A stretch of DNA of 36,774 nucleotides, from IMG/VR virus record IMGVR_UViG_2639762884_000004; one strand, given 5' to 3'. A program made the translations under genes and the position numbers. The notes beneath the pieces were generated by a model. It saw nothing but the letters and a program-made list of their open reading frames with translations, did no database searches and had not been told where the DNA came from. This document shows, in pieces, positions 18,338-27,954 of the stretch. The DNA is from a virus (taxonomy: Duplodnaviria > Heunggongvirae > Uroviricota > Caudoviricetes). The number at the start of each line of letters is the position of its first letter. Position 1 is the stretch's first letter.

Positions 18338-18830
18338 ACGCTGCCTTGTCGGGACCGTGCTGGCTATTGCTGCCACGCTGCCGGGTTTTCAGCAGCTTCA
18401 CACCTCCGTGGAAGGACTGAAACTGATTGCCGATTACGAAGGCTGTCGTCTGCAGCCGTATCAGTGCAGCGCGGGTGTATGGACTGACGGCATTGGTAAT
18501 ACGTCGGGCGTCATTCCCGGCAAAACCATTACGGAACGACAGGCAGCAGAAGGGCTTATCTCCAACGTGCTGCGTGTGGAGCGGGCGCTGGAAAGATGTG
18601 TGAAGCAACAGCCGCCACAAAAGGTGTATGACTCGGTGGTGTCGTTTGCCTTCAACGTGGGGACAGGCAATGCCTGCAGCTCCACGCTGGTGAAATTGCT
18701 CAATCAGCGGCGCTGGGCGGATGCGTGCCGACAGTTGCCGCGCTGGGTTTATGTAAAAGGTGTGTTTAATCAGGGGCTGGATAACCGCCGTGCGCGGGAG
18801 ATGGCCTGGTGTTTACAGGGAGCAAACTGA
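18318..18830 (+). CDS. Endolysin, T4-lysozyme family (GH24) with N-terminal signal-anchor-release domain
   Basis: 170 aa; N-terminal weakly hydrophobic LVGTVLAIAATLPGF, then catalytic E-8-D-5-T pattern EGCRLQPYQCSAGVWTDGIGNT. Confidence 0.8.
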   Translation: MNPSIVKRCLVGTVLAIAATLPGFQQLHTSVEGLKLIADYEGCRLQPYQCSAGVWTDGIGNTSGVIPGKTITERQAAEGLISNVLRVERALERCVKQQPPQKVYDSVVSFAFNVGTGNACSSTLVKLLNQRRWADACRQLPRWVYVKGVFNQGLDNRRAREMAWCLQGAN

Positions 18831-18831
18831 A

Positions 18832-19209
18832 ATGAAAAAGAAATTAATCAGCGGACTGTTTCTGATGTTATGGATGGCGTTGTTAATCGCAGCAATGGTG
18901 TATCCGCAGGGGATTTTTCCGGTACTGGCAGCGTCCGGCGTTTGGGTAGCCTGTTTGCTGACATGGGCGGTAATTCCGGTAGCACTGGCTGCGTTAATTA
19001 AGAATAGCCCGCTCTGGCAGGAGTTAAGGGCATCTTTGCTGAAGACAATTACCCGAAAAGAAAACGTATTTATCAGTTGGGTGATGCGATTGCTGATTGT
19101 CGTAAGTCTCGCCTGGACGGGGTGGGCTATTACCCTGGTCTTTTATCTGCTGACCGTTATTGCCTTCTGGATCACCCGTAATCAGATGGCGCAACAGGTA
19201 GCAGCATGA
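18832..19209 (+). CDS. LysA-like membrane protein (lysis timing)
   Basis: 125 aa from ATG 18832; several hydrophobic helices; P2 lysA position. Confidence 0.55.
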   Translation: MKKKLISGLFLMLWMALLIAAMVYPQGIFPVLAASGVWVACLLTWAVIPVALAALIKNSPLWQELRASLLKTITRKENVFISWVMRLLIVVSLAWTGWAITLVFYLLTVIAFWITRNQMAQQVAA

Positions 19210-19634
19210 ACCGGTTGCTGCTGGTTGTGCTGGCGTTATTACTGGCGGCGCTGGGCTGGCAGACGTGGCGGCTGGCTGATGCCAGCCAGACCATCAGCAC
19301 GCAGTCAGACGAGCTGCAGAGCAAAAGCCAGGCACTGGCAAAGAGCAACAGCCAGCTTATTAGCCTGTCCATTCTGACTGAAACCAATAACCGGGAGCAG
19401 GCGCGGCTCTATGCCGAAGCAGAACAGACCAGCGCGCTGCTGAGACAACGACAACACCGGATCGAGGAGCTGAAACGTGAGAACGAGGATTTACGCCGCT
19501 GGGCTGATACTCCTTTGCCTGCTGACATTATCCGGCTGCGGGAACGTCCGACACTCACCGGAGGTGCAGCTTACCGTCAGTGGTTGTCCGCGAGTGACGC
19601 CGTGTCGGCTGGAGCAGGCAACGCCGCGCACTAA
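19206..19634 (+). CDS. Rz-like inner-membrane spanin (P2 LysB-like)
   Basis: 142 aa; N-terminal transmembrane helix then charged coiled-coil-like region. Confidence 0.65.
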   Translation: MNRLLLVVLALLLAALGWQTWRLADASQTISTQSDELQSKSQALAKSNSQLISLSILTETNNREQARLYAEAEQTSALLRQRQHRIEELKRENEDLRRWADTPLPADIIRLRERPTLTGGAAYRQWLSASDAVSAGAGNAAH

Positions 19635-19767
19635 CGGTGATCTGGACGCGTTGCTGGATGAAACGGAGGCCGCCTGGGCGGTCTGTGCAGACAAAGTGGA
19701 CATGATTATTGCGTGTCAGGAGCGAAACAGTGAACAAACCACAATCCCTGCGCCACGCCCTCAATAA
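19477..19767 (+). CDS. Rz1-like outer-membrane lipoprotein spanin (P2 LysC-like), in +1 frame overlapping lysB
   Basis: 96 aa, GTG start; signal peptide with lipobox LTLSGC. Confidence 0.5.
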   Translation: MRTRIYAAGLILLCLLTLSGCGNVRHSPEVQLTVSGCPRVTPCRLEQATPRTNGDLDALLDETEAAWAVCADKVDMIIACQERNSEQTTIPAPRPQ

Positions 19768-20161
19768 AGCGGTGCCTTATGTCCGCAATAACCCGGACAA
19801 ACTGCATCTGTTTGTGGATAACGGTTCGCTGGTTGCCACGGGGGCCAGCTCCATGTCGTGGGAGTACCGTTACACCCTGAACGCGGTGATTGAGGATTTC
19901 AGCGGCGACCAGAATCTGCTGATGGCCCCGGTTTTGCTGTGGCTGAGGGATAACCAGCCCGATGCCATCAATAACCCGGCGTTACGGGAAAAGCTATTCA
20001 CCTTTGAGGTGGATATTCTGCGCAACGATGTCTGTGATATCAGCCTGAACCTGCAACTGACGGAACGTGTGCTGGTCAGCACTGACGGCAGTGTGTCGAG
20101 CGTTGAAGCTATAGCGGAATCTGATGCACCTGAAGAAATGTGGACGGTGAAACGTGGCTGA
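19730..20161 (+). CDS. R: Tail completion protein R (P2 gpR-like)
   Basis: GTG 19730 with AGGAG 7 nt upstream (track ORF starts at TTG 19709). Confidence 0.7.
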   Translation: MNKPQSLRHALNKAVPYVRNNPDKLHLFVDNGSLVATGASSMSWEYRYTLNAVIEDFSGDQNLLMAPVLLWLRDNQPDAINNPALREKLFTFEVDILRNDVCDISLNLQLTERVLVSTDGSVSSVEAIAESDAPEEMWTVKRG

Positions 20162-20600
20162 ACTGCAGAAGGTGGACGACTGGCTGAGTGCTTTGCTGGC
20201 GAATCTGGAGCCAGCCGCCAGAAGCCGCATGATGCGCCAGCTGGCGCAGGAACTGCGCCGGACACAGCAGCAGAATATCAGGATGCAGCGCAACCCTGAC
20301 GGCAGCAGCTATGAGCCGCGACGGGTAACAGCACGAAGTAAAAAAGGGCGCATCAAACGTCAGATGTTTGCAAAGCTGCGCACCACAAAATACCTGAAAA
20401 CCGCCGCCAGCGCGGATTCTGCCAGCGTACAGTTTGAAGGTAAGGTGCAGAGCATTGCCCGCGTTCACCATTATGGCCTGCGTGATCGCGTCAGCCGCAA
20501 AGGACCGGAGGTCCGTTACGCAGAGCGTCGCCTTCTGGGTGTAAATGATGATGTTGAGGCAATGACCCGCGACATGATTCTGCAATGGCTGGCGGGGTGA
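20154..20600 (+). CDS. S: Tail completion protein S (P2 gpS-like)
   Basis: 148 aa; overlaps the R stop. Confidence 0.7.
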   Translation: MAELQKVDDWLSALLANLEPAARSRMMRQLAQELRRTQQQNIRMQRNPDGSSYEPRRVTARSKKGRIKRQMFAKLRTTKYLKTAASADSASVQFEGKVQSIARVHHYGLRDRVSRKGPEVRYAERRLLGVNDDVEAMTRDMILQWLAG

Positions 20601-20604
20601 TCTT

Positions 20605-20622
20605 TGTATCAGCACTGATACA
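20605..20622 (+). promoter_or_regulatory. Ogr-type late-promoter dyad TGT-N12-ACA upstream of V
   Basis: TGTATCAGCACTGATACA in the S/V intergenic region. Confidence 0.55.
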
Positions 20623-20668
20623 AGTTGCAGCACTGCCGCCTTTCTTCCTCTGATGGCAACCTTTCCCT

Positions 20669-21247
20669 ATGAACGCACAATTAACCGAAATCATGCGCCT
20701 TATCACCAACCTGATCCGCACTGGTGTAGTCACCGAAGTGGACCGGGAGAATTGGCTTTGCCGGGTGAAAACGGGCGAGCTTGAAACCAACTGGATCAGC
20801 TGGCTGACGCTGCGTGCCGGGAATGCCCGCACATGGTGGCGACCATCGGAAGGTGAGCAGGTGGTGCTGCTGAGTCTGGGCGGCAATCTGGAAACCGCGT
20901 TTGCCCTGCCTGCGGTCTACTCAAACCAGTTTCCGCCACCTTCAGATTCTGAGGACGGCAACGTGGTTGAGTACCCGGACGGTGGCTGGTTTGAATACGA
21001 ACCCGCCACCGGGCGCTGGTATGTCAGGGGCATCAAATCAATGGTCATTGAGGCCGCTGACAACATCACCATGAAAACCAGTGAGTTTGTACTGGAGGCT
21101 GACCGCACGCGCATTAACAGCGAAGTGGTGATCAATGGTGGCGTTACCCAGGGCGGCGGAGCGATGAGTTCTAACGGGATCGTGGTTGATGCGCATCAGC
21201 ATACTGGCGTCCTGAAAGGCGGCGACACAACCGGAGGCCCGGTATGA
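20669..21247 (+). CDS. V: Baseplate spike/assembly protein V (P2 gpV-like)
   Basis: 192 aa; N-terminus MNAQLTEIMRLITNLIRTGVV resembles P2 gpV. Confidence 0.8.
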   Translation: MNAQLTEIMRLITNLIRTGVVTEVDRENWLCRVKTGELETNWISWLTLRAGNARTWWRPSEGEQVVLLSLGGNLETAFALPAVYSNQFPPPSDSEDGNVVEYPDGGWFEYEPATGRWYVRGIKSMVIEAADNITMKTSEFVLEADRTRINSEVVINGGVTQGGGAMSSNGIVVDAHQHTGVLKGGDTTGGPV

Positions 21248-21603
21248 CGCTTTATAGCGGGATGAACAATACCAGCGGTAAAGCCATTACTGATATTGAC
21301 CATCTGCGCCAGTCGGTGCGGGACATTCTGCTGACGCCGCAGGGTAGCCGCATTGCTCGTCGGGAATATGGTTCCCTGCTGTCGGCACTGATAGATCAGC
21401 CACAAAATCCGGCGTTACGCCTGCAGGTTATGTCGGCTGTGTATGTGGCACTGAGTCGCTGGGAGCCACGGCTGACGCTGGATTCCATCACTATTAACAG
21501 CAATTTTGACGGTTCAATGGTGGTGGCGCTGAACGGGCGGCGTAATAACGGTGTGCCTGTTTCCCTTTCCGTATCAACAGGAGCAGAGAATGGCAGTGAT
21601 TGA
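21244..21603 (+). CDS. W: Baseplate wedge protein W (gp25-like)
   Basis: 119 aa; size and position match. Confidence 0.75.
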   Translation: MTLYSGMNNTSGKAITDIDHLRQSVRDILLTPQGSRIARREYGSLLSALIDQPQNPALRLQVMSAVYVALSRWEPRLTLDSITINSNFDGSMVVALNGRRNNGVPVSLSVSTGAENGSD

Positions 21604-22498
21604 CCTTTCGCAGTTGCCTGCGCCGCAGATTGTGGATGTGCCGGACTTTGAGACGCTGCTTGCCGAACGCAAGGCAGAATTTGTGGCGCTTCATCCGAAA
21701 GATGAGCAGGAAGCAGTGATCCGCACGCTGGAACTGGAATCTGAACCCGTCACCAAATTGCTGCAGGAGAACGCTTACCGTGAGTTGCTTCTGCGCCAGC
21801 GCATTAACGAAGCCGCGCAGGCTGTGATGGTGGCTTACGCGATGGGCAGCGATCTTGACCAGCTCGCTGCCAACTACAACGTGAAACGCCTGACGGTGAC
21901 GCCTGCTGATAATGACGCTGTGCCGCCCGTTGCAGCTGTGATGGAAAGCGATGAAGCGTTACGCCTGCGTGTGCCTGCAGCCTTTGAAGGGCTTTCAGTT
22001 GCGGGGCCAACTGCAGCTTATGAATTTCATGCCCGAAGCGCCGACGGTCGGGTGGCGGATGCCAGTGCAACCAGCCCGGCACCTGCAGAGGTGGTGCTGA
22101 CTGTCCTTAGCCGCGAAGGCGATGGAACTGCAGAAAAAGACCTGCTGGACGTGGTGGAAAAAGCTCTGAACAGTGAGAACGTCCGCCCGGTGGCTGACCG
22201 TCTTACGGTTCGCAGCGCAGAAATCATCCCGTATCGCGTGGAAGCCACCATTTTTCTCTATCCGGGACCGGAAGCAGAGCCGGTAATGGCAGCGGCAAAA
22301 GCCAGTCTGCAGAAGTACATTGCCAGCCAGACGAGGCTTGGTCGGGATATTCGCCGTAGCGCCATCTTTGCTGCTCTGCATGTTGAGGGTGTTCAACGTG
22401 TGGAACTGGCTTCTCCGCTGGCGGATGTGGTCCTGAACAAAACACAGGCGGCATCATGTACGCAGTGGAGCGTAACCAACGGAGGAACGGATGAATAG
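21590..22498 (+). CDS. J: Baseplate protein J (P2 gpJ-like)
   Basis: 302 aa from ATG 21590, the same length as P2 J. Confidence 0.8.
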   Translation: MAVIDLSQLPAPQIVDVPDFETLLAERKAEFVALHPKDEQEAVIRTLELESEPVTKLLQENAYRELLLRQRINEAAQAVMVAYAMGSDLDQLAANYNVKRLTVTPADNDAVPPVAAVMESDEALRLRVPAAFEGLSVAGPTAAYEFHARSADGRVADASATSPAPAEVVLTVLSREGDGTAEKDLLDVVEKALNSENVRPVADRLTVRSAEIIPYRVEATIFLYPGPEAEPVMAAAKASLQKYIASQTRLGRDIRRSAIFAALHVEGVQRVELASPLADVVLNKTQAASCTQWSVTNGGTDE

Positions 22499-23096
22499 TC
22501 TGCTGCCACCGGGTTCAACTTCACTGGAGCGCCGACTGGCGCAAACCTGTAGCGGGATTTCTGATTTGCAGGTGCCGCTGCGTGACTTGTGGAATCCGGC
22601 TACCTGTCCGGTCAGCTTCCTGCCTTATCTCGCCTGGGCGTTCTCTGTGGATCGCTGGGACGAGGGCTGGACAGAAAGCGTCAAACGCCAGGTAGTGAAG
22701 GATGCTTTTTATATTCATCAGCATAAAGGAACCACTAGTGCCGTGCGGCGAGTGGTGGAACCGTTCGGATTCCTGATCCGCATTATTGAGTGGTGGCAGA
22801 CCGGAGAAACACCGGGCACGTTTCGCCTGGATATCGGCGTGCAGGACCAGGGCATCACTGAAGATACCTATCTGGAACTTGAGCGACTGATAAGCGATGC
22901 CAAACCATGTAGCCGCCACATGATCGGCATGTCCATCAATCTGCAGACCAGCGGCCCGCATTGGGTGGGAGCCGCCAGCTATCTTGGCGAAGAAATCACG
23001 ATCTATCCGTATATCAACGAAACGATTATTTCCGGTGGCACCGCGCATGAAGGCGGGGCGGTCCATGTTATTGACACAATGAGAGTGAATCCATGA
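22491..23096 (+). CDS. I: Baseplate/tail protein I (P2 gpI-like)
   Basis: 201 aa; N-terminal LLPPGSTSLERRLA resembles gpI. Confidence 0.75.
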   Translation: MNSLLPPGSTSLERRLAQTCSGISDLQVPLRDLWNPATCPVSFLPYLAWAFSVDRWDEGWTESVKRQVVKDAFYIHQHKGTTSAVRRVVEPFGFLIRIIEWWQTGETPGTFRLDIGVQDQGITEDTYLELERLISDAKPCSRHMIGMSINLQTSGPHWVGAASYLGEEITIYPYINETIISGGTAHEGGAVHVIDTMRVNP

Positions 23097-24613
23097 GCAC
23101 AAAATTTTATACCCTGCTGACGGATATTGGCGCGGCGAAACTTGCCAGCGCCGCCGCGCTCGGTGTGCCGATAAAAATTACCCATATGGCGGTGGGCGAT
23201 GGCGGTGGAGTATTGCCAACGCCGGACGCAAAGCAGACGGCACTGGTAAATGAGAAACGCCGGGCTGCGCTGAATATGCTTTATATCGACCCGCAGAACA
23301 GCAGCCAGATTATTGCCGAACAGGTGATCCCTGAAAACGAGGGCGGTTGGTGGATACGTGAAGTGGGCTTGTTTGATGAGTCCGGGGCATTGATTGCCGT
23401 GGGCAACTGCCCGGAAAGCTATAAGCCGCAACTGGCTGAAGGTAGCGGGCGCACTCAGACCGTGCGCATGGTGCTGATTACCAGCAGCACGGACAATATC
23501 ACCCTGAAAATCGACCCTGCTGTAGTGCTGGCAACCCGCAAGTATGTGGATGACAAGGCACTGGAGCTGAAGGTGTACGCGGATGATCAGATGGCAAAAC
23601 ATCTTGCCGCACCGGACCCGCATTCACAGTACGCGCCAAAAGCCAGCCCGACATTTACCGGAACCCCCAAAGCGCCAACGCCAGCGGCGGGGAATAATAC
23701 CACGCAGGTTGCGACCACTGCGTTTGTACAGGCGGCACTGACGGCCCTTATTAATGGTGCGCCAGCCACGCTGGACACGCTGAAAGAAATAGCCGCAGCC
23801 ATTAACAATGATCCGAATTTCAGTACCACCATTAACAATGCGCTGGCACTAAAAGCACCGTTGTCGAGTCCGGCACTCACCGGAACGCCAACAGCCCCCA
23901 CGGCGGCGCAGTCGGTCAACAATACACAGATTGCCACTACGGCTTTTGTGAAATCGGCGATTGCAGGAATGGTGGGTTCTGCACCTGCTGCACTGGATAC
24001 ACTGAACGAACTGGCGGCGGCACTGGGGAATGATCCGAACTTTGCCACGACAATGCTTAATGCGCTGGCAGGTAAACAACCGCTGGACAATACGCTTACC
24101 AATTTGAGTGGAAAGGATGTAGCTGGTCTTCTCACATATCTTGGTTTGGGAGAAGGTTCGGCATTACCCGTTGGTGTGCCTGTTCCGTGGCCTTCCGCCA
24201 CTCCGCCAACAGGCTGGCTGAAATGCAACGGTGCGGCATTTTCTGCTGAAGAATACCCGGAACTGGCAAAGGCTTACCCGACAAATAAATTGCCTGATTT
24301 ACGCGGTGAGTTTATTCGTGGCTGGGATGACGGGAGAGGCATTGACCCCGGAAGGATTCTATTGGCTTCACAGGAGCATGCAATGCAAAACGTCACTGGT
24401 TCAATAGGGAAAATTCAGCTTTTTAAAGATTTAGTTACCAGTGGTCCATTTCGTCATAACGGTAATAACTATCTGACTTCTGGATTAACAGTGGTTACAG
24501 GCACAGGGCATGGTGTCACAACATTTGATTTCGATATGTCAAGGGTGGCAAATACCGCCAATGAAACTCGCCCGGTGAACGTTGCATTTAACTACATTGT
24601 GAGGGCTGCATAA
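23093..24613 (+). CDS. H: Tail fibre protein H: conserved N-terminal part plus variable C-terminal receptor-binding part (current orientation)
   Basis: 506 aa; N-terminus MSTKFYTLLTDIGAAKLA is P2 H-like; C-terminal part carries a phage-fibre-type motif (PPTGWLKCNGAAFSAEEYPELAKAY...LPDLRGEFIRGWDDGRG). Confidence 0.85.
   Translation: MSTKFYTLLTDIGAAKLASAAALGVPIKITHMAVGDGGGVLPTPDAKQTALVNEKRRAALNMLYIDPQNSSQIIAEQVIPENEGGWWIREVGLFDESGALIAVGNCPESYKPQLAEGSGRTQTVRMVLITSSTDNITLKIDPAVVLATRKYVDDKALELKVYADDQMAKHLAAPDPHSQYAPKASPTFTGTPKAPTPAAGNNTTQVATTAFVQAALTALINGAPATLDTLKEIAAAINNDPNFSTTINNALALKAPLSSPALTGTPTAPTAAQSVNNTQIATTAFVKSAIAGMVGSAPAALDTLNELAAALGNDPNFATTMLNALAGKQPLDNTLTNLSGKDVAGLLTYLGLGEGSALPVGVPVPWPSATPPTGWLKCNGAAFSAEEYPELAKAYPTNKLPDLRGEFIRGWDDGRGIDPGRILLASQEHAMQNVTGSIGKIQLFKDLVTSGPFRHNGNNYLTSGLTVVTGTGHGVTTFDFDMSRVANTANETRPVNVAFNYIVRAA
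24129..24154. repeat. Candidate invertase crossover site (hix/gix-like 26-bp site) inside H
   Basis: TTCTCACATATC-TT-GGTTTGGGAGAA; the 14-bp TTGGTTTGGGAGAA recurs in inverted orientation at 25995-26008 and encodes LGLGE in both H and H'. Confidence 0.65.
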
Positions 24614-25215
24614 TGGATAACGCTGTATTAAATAGCGAGTTTATTGCTACGAAGGCAGGGGATATTACTGTTTATAACTATGATGGTGAAACTCGGGAAT
24701 ATATTTCCACTTCAAGTGAATATCTTGCCGTTGGTGTTGGTATCCCGGCATATTCCTGCCTGGATGCACCTGGTATACATAGGGAGGGTTATGTTATCTG
24801 CCGTTCTGTAGATTTTAACTCATGGGGATATGTGCCAGACCATCGTGGTGAAACGGTCTATAGCACTGAAACAGGAGAATCAAAAGAAATCACAGCTCCG
24901 GGTGATTACCCTGAAAATACAACCACTATCGCCCCTTTATCTCCATACGATAAATGGGATGGTGAGAAATGGGTGACAGATACCGAGGCACAGCATAGCG
25001 CCGCAGTAGACGCGGCAGAAGCACAGCGTCAGTCACTGATTGATGCTGCAATGGTTTCCATTAGTCTGATTCAGTTGAAATTGCAGGCCGGGCGGAAGCT
25101 GACGCAGGCAGAAACCACCCGGCTTAACGCTGTGCTGGATTATATTGACGCGTTGACGGCAACAGATACCAGCACCGCGCCGGATGTCATCTGGCCTGAA
25201 CTGCCGGAGGCGTAG
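24613..25215 (+). CDS. G: Tail fibre assembly chaperone G (current orientation)
   Basis: 200 aa; conserved C-terminal tail LDYIDALTATDTSTAPDVIWPELPEA. Confidence 0.8.
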   Translation: MDNAVLNSEFIATKAGDITVYNYDGETREYISTSSEYLAVGVGIPAYSCLDAPGIHREGYVICRSVDFNSWGYVPDHRGETVYSTETGESKEITAPGDYPENTTTIAPLSPYDKWDGEKWVTDTEAQHSAAVDAAEAQRQSLIDAAMVSISLIQLKLQAGRKLTQAETTRLNAVLDYIDALTATDTSTAPDVIWPELPEA

Positions 25216-25618
25216 GCCATTCAATATCTGGCGCACCGGAAGTATCAACCAGTTCCAGTGCGTCCAGATAATCCAGCCACAAATTATATTGCGCCAGTTC
25301 GTCACCTTTCAGACGACCAATAGCGGCTTTACCGGGCCATTGTTTACTGTTCATGTATTCGTTGGCCTGGTTAATTAGTAGCTGTCTTTCTGATTGAGTA
25401 ATTTCAATAAGCTCTTCATGCGTTGGAGGCGGCGCATCGACCCAAGCGGGCAGTCCAGTGCTATCTGCACCAAGCATTTTACCTTCAGGCCAGGCAATAC
25501 CAGCAAATTGGTTGTAGAGGTTAACACTGATTTCAATAGCTGATTCAGGAATAAACCTGCTTTCAGGTTCAATATAAAATCCGTTATCAACGGCGTCATA
25601 AAAGTATCTTGTTTTCAT
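25187..25618 (-). CDS. Alternative tail fibre assembly chaperone (G'), in the invertible segment
   Basis: 143 aa; C-terminal WLDYLDALELVDTSGAPDIEWPTPP parallels the C-terminus of G; convergent with G. Confidence 0.75.
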   Translation of the reverse strand: MKTRYFYDAVDNGFYIEPESRFIPESAIEISVNLYNQFAGIAWPEGKMLGADSTGLPAWVDAPPPTHEELIEITQSERQLLINQANEYMNSKQWPGKAAIGRLKGDELAQYNLWLDYLDALELVDTSGAPDIEWPTPPAVQAR

Positions 25619-25619
25619 G

Positions 25620-26036
25620 TTAATAACCTATTGCGAATAAAGAACCGGCAGCTGAAGTACCCACCCATGAAGTCCCATTAGTTGTTCTTAAAACACGAAC
25701 TTTGACTGTCGTTCTGGTAGAGCCACCAATATCGAAGCCCCACGTTGTGCCGGCCGATCCATTCCACGAGCTAGCAGAAGCACCTGAGTCAATCGCAGTG
25801 GCATGAAACAGAGCGTTAGGAAATGCCATAGGTAATGTCACGGTTGCTACTCCAGTCGAATCGGAAAGAAATCCAGAGACCCACTGGAAAATGATATTTT
25901 GTTCAACCCCACCAATTAAACCCGGGATCAATATTCTCCCGGTATTACCCGTTACCCCTACAGCAGCGCCAAGTTTTGCCGCTTCTCCCAAACCAACGTT
26001 TAAGAAAATGCAGAGGTAACAGCTAACTGGCATCAT
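25620..26036 (-). CDS. Alternative tail fibre C-terminal cassette (H'), promoterless until inversion
   Basis: 138-aa ORF containing the crossover-site peptide LGLGE near its N-terminus; Gly/Thr/Ser-rich fibre-like C-terminus. Confidence 0.65.
   Translation of the reverse strand: MMPVSCYLCIFLNVGLGEAAKLGAAVGVTGNTGRILIPGLIGGVEQNIIFQWVSGFLSDSTGVATVTLPMAFPNALFHATAIDSGASASSWNGSAGTTWGFDIGGSTRTTVKVRVLRTTNGTSWVGTSAAGSLFAIGY
25983..26008. repeat. Candidate invertase crossover site (hix/gix-like) next to the invertase gene
   Basis: TTCTCCCAAACC-AA-CGTTTAAGAAAA; quasi-palindromic half-sites resembling the hix/gix consensus as I recall it (TTATCAAAAACC-AA-GGTTTTTGATAA). Confidence 0.65.
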
Positions 26037-26057
26037 CTCCGGTTTTTATTCAGGGGG

Positions 26058-26630
26058 ATGATCATGCTTATTGGCTATGTACGCGTGTCAACAAATGACC
26101 AGAACACCGATTTGCAACGTAATGCACTGAACTGCGCGGGATGTGAGCGGATTTTTGAGGACAAAATCAGTGGCACTAAGTCCGACAGACCGGGGCTGAA
26201 AAAACTACTCAGGACACTATCGGCAGGAGACACGCTGGTTGTCTGGAAGCTGGACAGGTTGGGGCGCAGTATGCGGCATCTTGTTACGCTGATAGAAGAG
26301 TTGCGCCAGCGTGGTGTGAATTTCAGAAGCCTGACTGACAGTATTGATACCAGTACCCCAATGGGCCGTTTCTTTTTTCATGTCATGGGTGCCCTGGCTG
26401 AAATGGAACGCGAACTGATAGTTGAACGTACCAGGGCAGGGCTGGCTGCAGCTCGTGCCAAAGGCAGAGTAGGTGGACGCCGTCCTAAGTTGACCACCGA
26501 ACAGTGGGCACAGATTGGGCGTTTACTCGAGGCCGGAGAATCAAGACAGCGTATTGCACAGATTTTTGATGTAGGCGTTTCTACCATTTATAGAAAATTT
26601 CCGGCAAATAAGATCAATGAATCCCCCTGA
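26058..26630 (+). CDS. Serine DNA invertase (Hin/Gin/Pin/Cin family)
   Basis: 190 aa; N-terminal catalytic region LIGYVRVSTNDQNTDLQ and C-terminal HTH; sits in the P2 Z/fun position between G and FI. Confidence 0.9.
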   Translation: MIMLIGYVRVSTNDQNTDLQRNALNCAGCERIFEDKISGTKSDRPGLKKLLRTLSAGDTLVVWKLDRLGRSMRHLVTLIEELRQRGVNFRSLTDSIDTSTPMGRFFFHVMGALAEMERELIVERTRAGLAAARAKGRVGGRRPKLTTEQWAQIGRLLEAGESRQRIAQIFDVGVSTIYRKFPANKINESP

Positions 26631-26678
26631 ATCAGCATTATGTTGATTATCCCTGCAAGCAGACAAATACCGTTATTT

Positions 26679-26696
26679 TGTGTGAATAACGACACA
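26679..26696 (+). promoter_or_regulatory. Ogr-type late-promoter dyad TGT-N12-ACA upstream of FI
   Basis: TGTGTGAATAACGACACA, centre about 85 nt upstream of the FI start. Confidence 0.55.
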
Positions 26697-26772
26697 ACTG
26701 CGCTTAGCTGTTTGTCAGGCACAATCACTTCAACATAGGGCGAAGCCTAATCCAATCAGGAGGTTCGCCACT

Positions 26773-27945
26773 ATGGCTCAGGATTACCACCACGGGGTGC
26801 GCGTTGTTGAAGTCAACGAAGGCACCCGATCTATTACCACGGTGAGCACCGCCATCGTGGGTATGGTCTGCACGGGCGATGATGCCGATGCAAAAATGTT
26901 TCCTCTTAATAAACCCGTGCTGATCACTGATGTGCTGACTGCCAGCGGTAAAGCGGGTGAGTCCGGTACTCTGGCCCGTTCGCTGGATGCCATCGCTGAC
27001 CAGGCAAAACCCGTGACCATTGTTGTGCGTGTGCCGCAGGGTGAAACGGAAGACGAAACCACGACCAATATCATCGGCGCAGTGACTGCTGAAGGTAAAA
27101 AAACAGGTATGAAAGCCCTGTTATCTGCCCAGTCACAGCTCGGCGTTAAACCGCGCATTCTCGGCGTGCCAGGCCACGACACCAAGGCGGTAGCTACTGA
27201 GTTGCTGAGCGTGGCGCAAAGCCTGCGTGGATTTGCTTACCTGTCAGCGTATGGCTGCAAGACAGTGCAGGAGGCGATCACTTACCGCGAAAACTTCAGC
27301 CAGCGCGAAGGGATGCTGATCTGGCCTGACTTTACTGGCTGGGACACGGTGCTGAATGCCGAAGCAACGGCATATGCCACCGCCCGTGCGCTTGGTCTGC
27401 GCGCCAAAATTGACGAGCAGACCGGATGGCACAAAAGCCTGTCCAACGTGGGCGTGAACGGTGTCACCGGAATTTCTGCAGATGTGTTCTGGGATCTGCA
27501 GGACCCGGCAACCGATGCAGGTCTGCTGAACCAGAACGACGTCACCACGCTTGTGCGTAAAGACGGTTTCCGCTTCTGGGGTTCCCGCTGCCTGAGTGAT
27601 GACCCGCTCTTTGCCTTCGAAAACTACACCCGCACGGCGCAGGTGCTGATGGACACGATGGCAGAAGCACACATGTGGGCGGTGGATAAACCGCTTAACC
27701 CGTCGCTGGCCCGCGACATTATCGAAGGTATCCGCGCCAAAATGCGCAGCCTGGTCAGTCAGGGCTATCTCATTGGTGGTGATTGCTGGCTGGATGAATC
27801 GGTGAACGACAAAGACACGCTGAAAGCCGGAAAACTCACCATCGACTACGACTACACGCCAGTGCCGCCACTTGAAAACCTGATGCTGCGTCAGCGCATC
27901 ACCGATCAGTACCTGGTGAATTTCGCCAGCCAGGTCAGCGCGTAA
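26773..27945 (+). CDS. FI: Contractile tail sheath protein (P2 FI-like)
   Basis: 390 aa, matching P2 FI in size and position. Confidence 0.85.
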   Translation: MAQDYHHGVRVVEVNEGTRSITTVSTAIVGMVCTGDDADAKMFPLNKPVLITDVLTASGKAGESGTLARSLDAIADQAKPVTIVVRVPQGETEDETTTNIIGAVTAEGKKTGMKALLSAQSQLGVKPRILGVPGHDTKAVATELLSVAQSLRGFAYLSAYGCKTVQEAITYRENFSQREGMLIWPDFTGWDTVLNAEATAYATARALGLRAKIDEQTGWHKSLSNVGVNGVTGISADVFWDLQDPATDAGLLNQNDVTTLVRKDGFRFWGSRCLSDDPLFAFENYTRTAQVLMDTMAEAHMWAVDKPLNPSLARDIIEGIRAKMRSLVSQGYLIGGDCWLDESVNDKDTLKAGKLTIDYDYTPVPPLENLMLRQRITDQYLVNFASQVSA

Positions 27946-27954
27946 GGGGACAAC

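Noticed and set aside
23587-24228. 213-aa Ala/Gly-rich minus-strand ORF inside tail fibre gene H
   Set aside because: Antisense shadow of the repetitive fibre-coding region.
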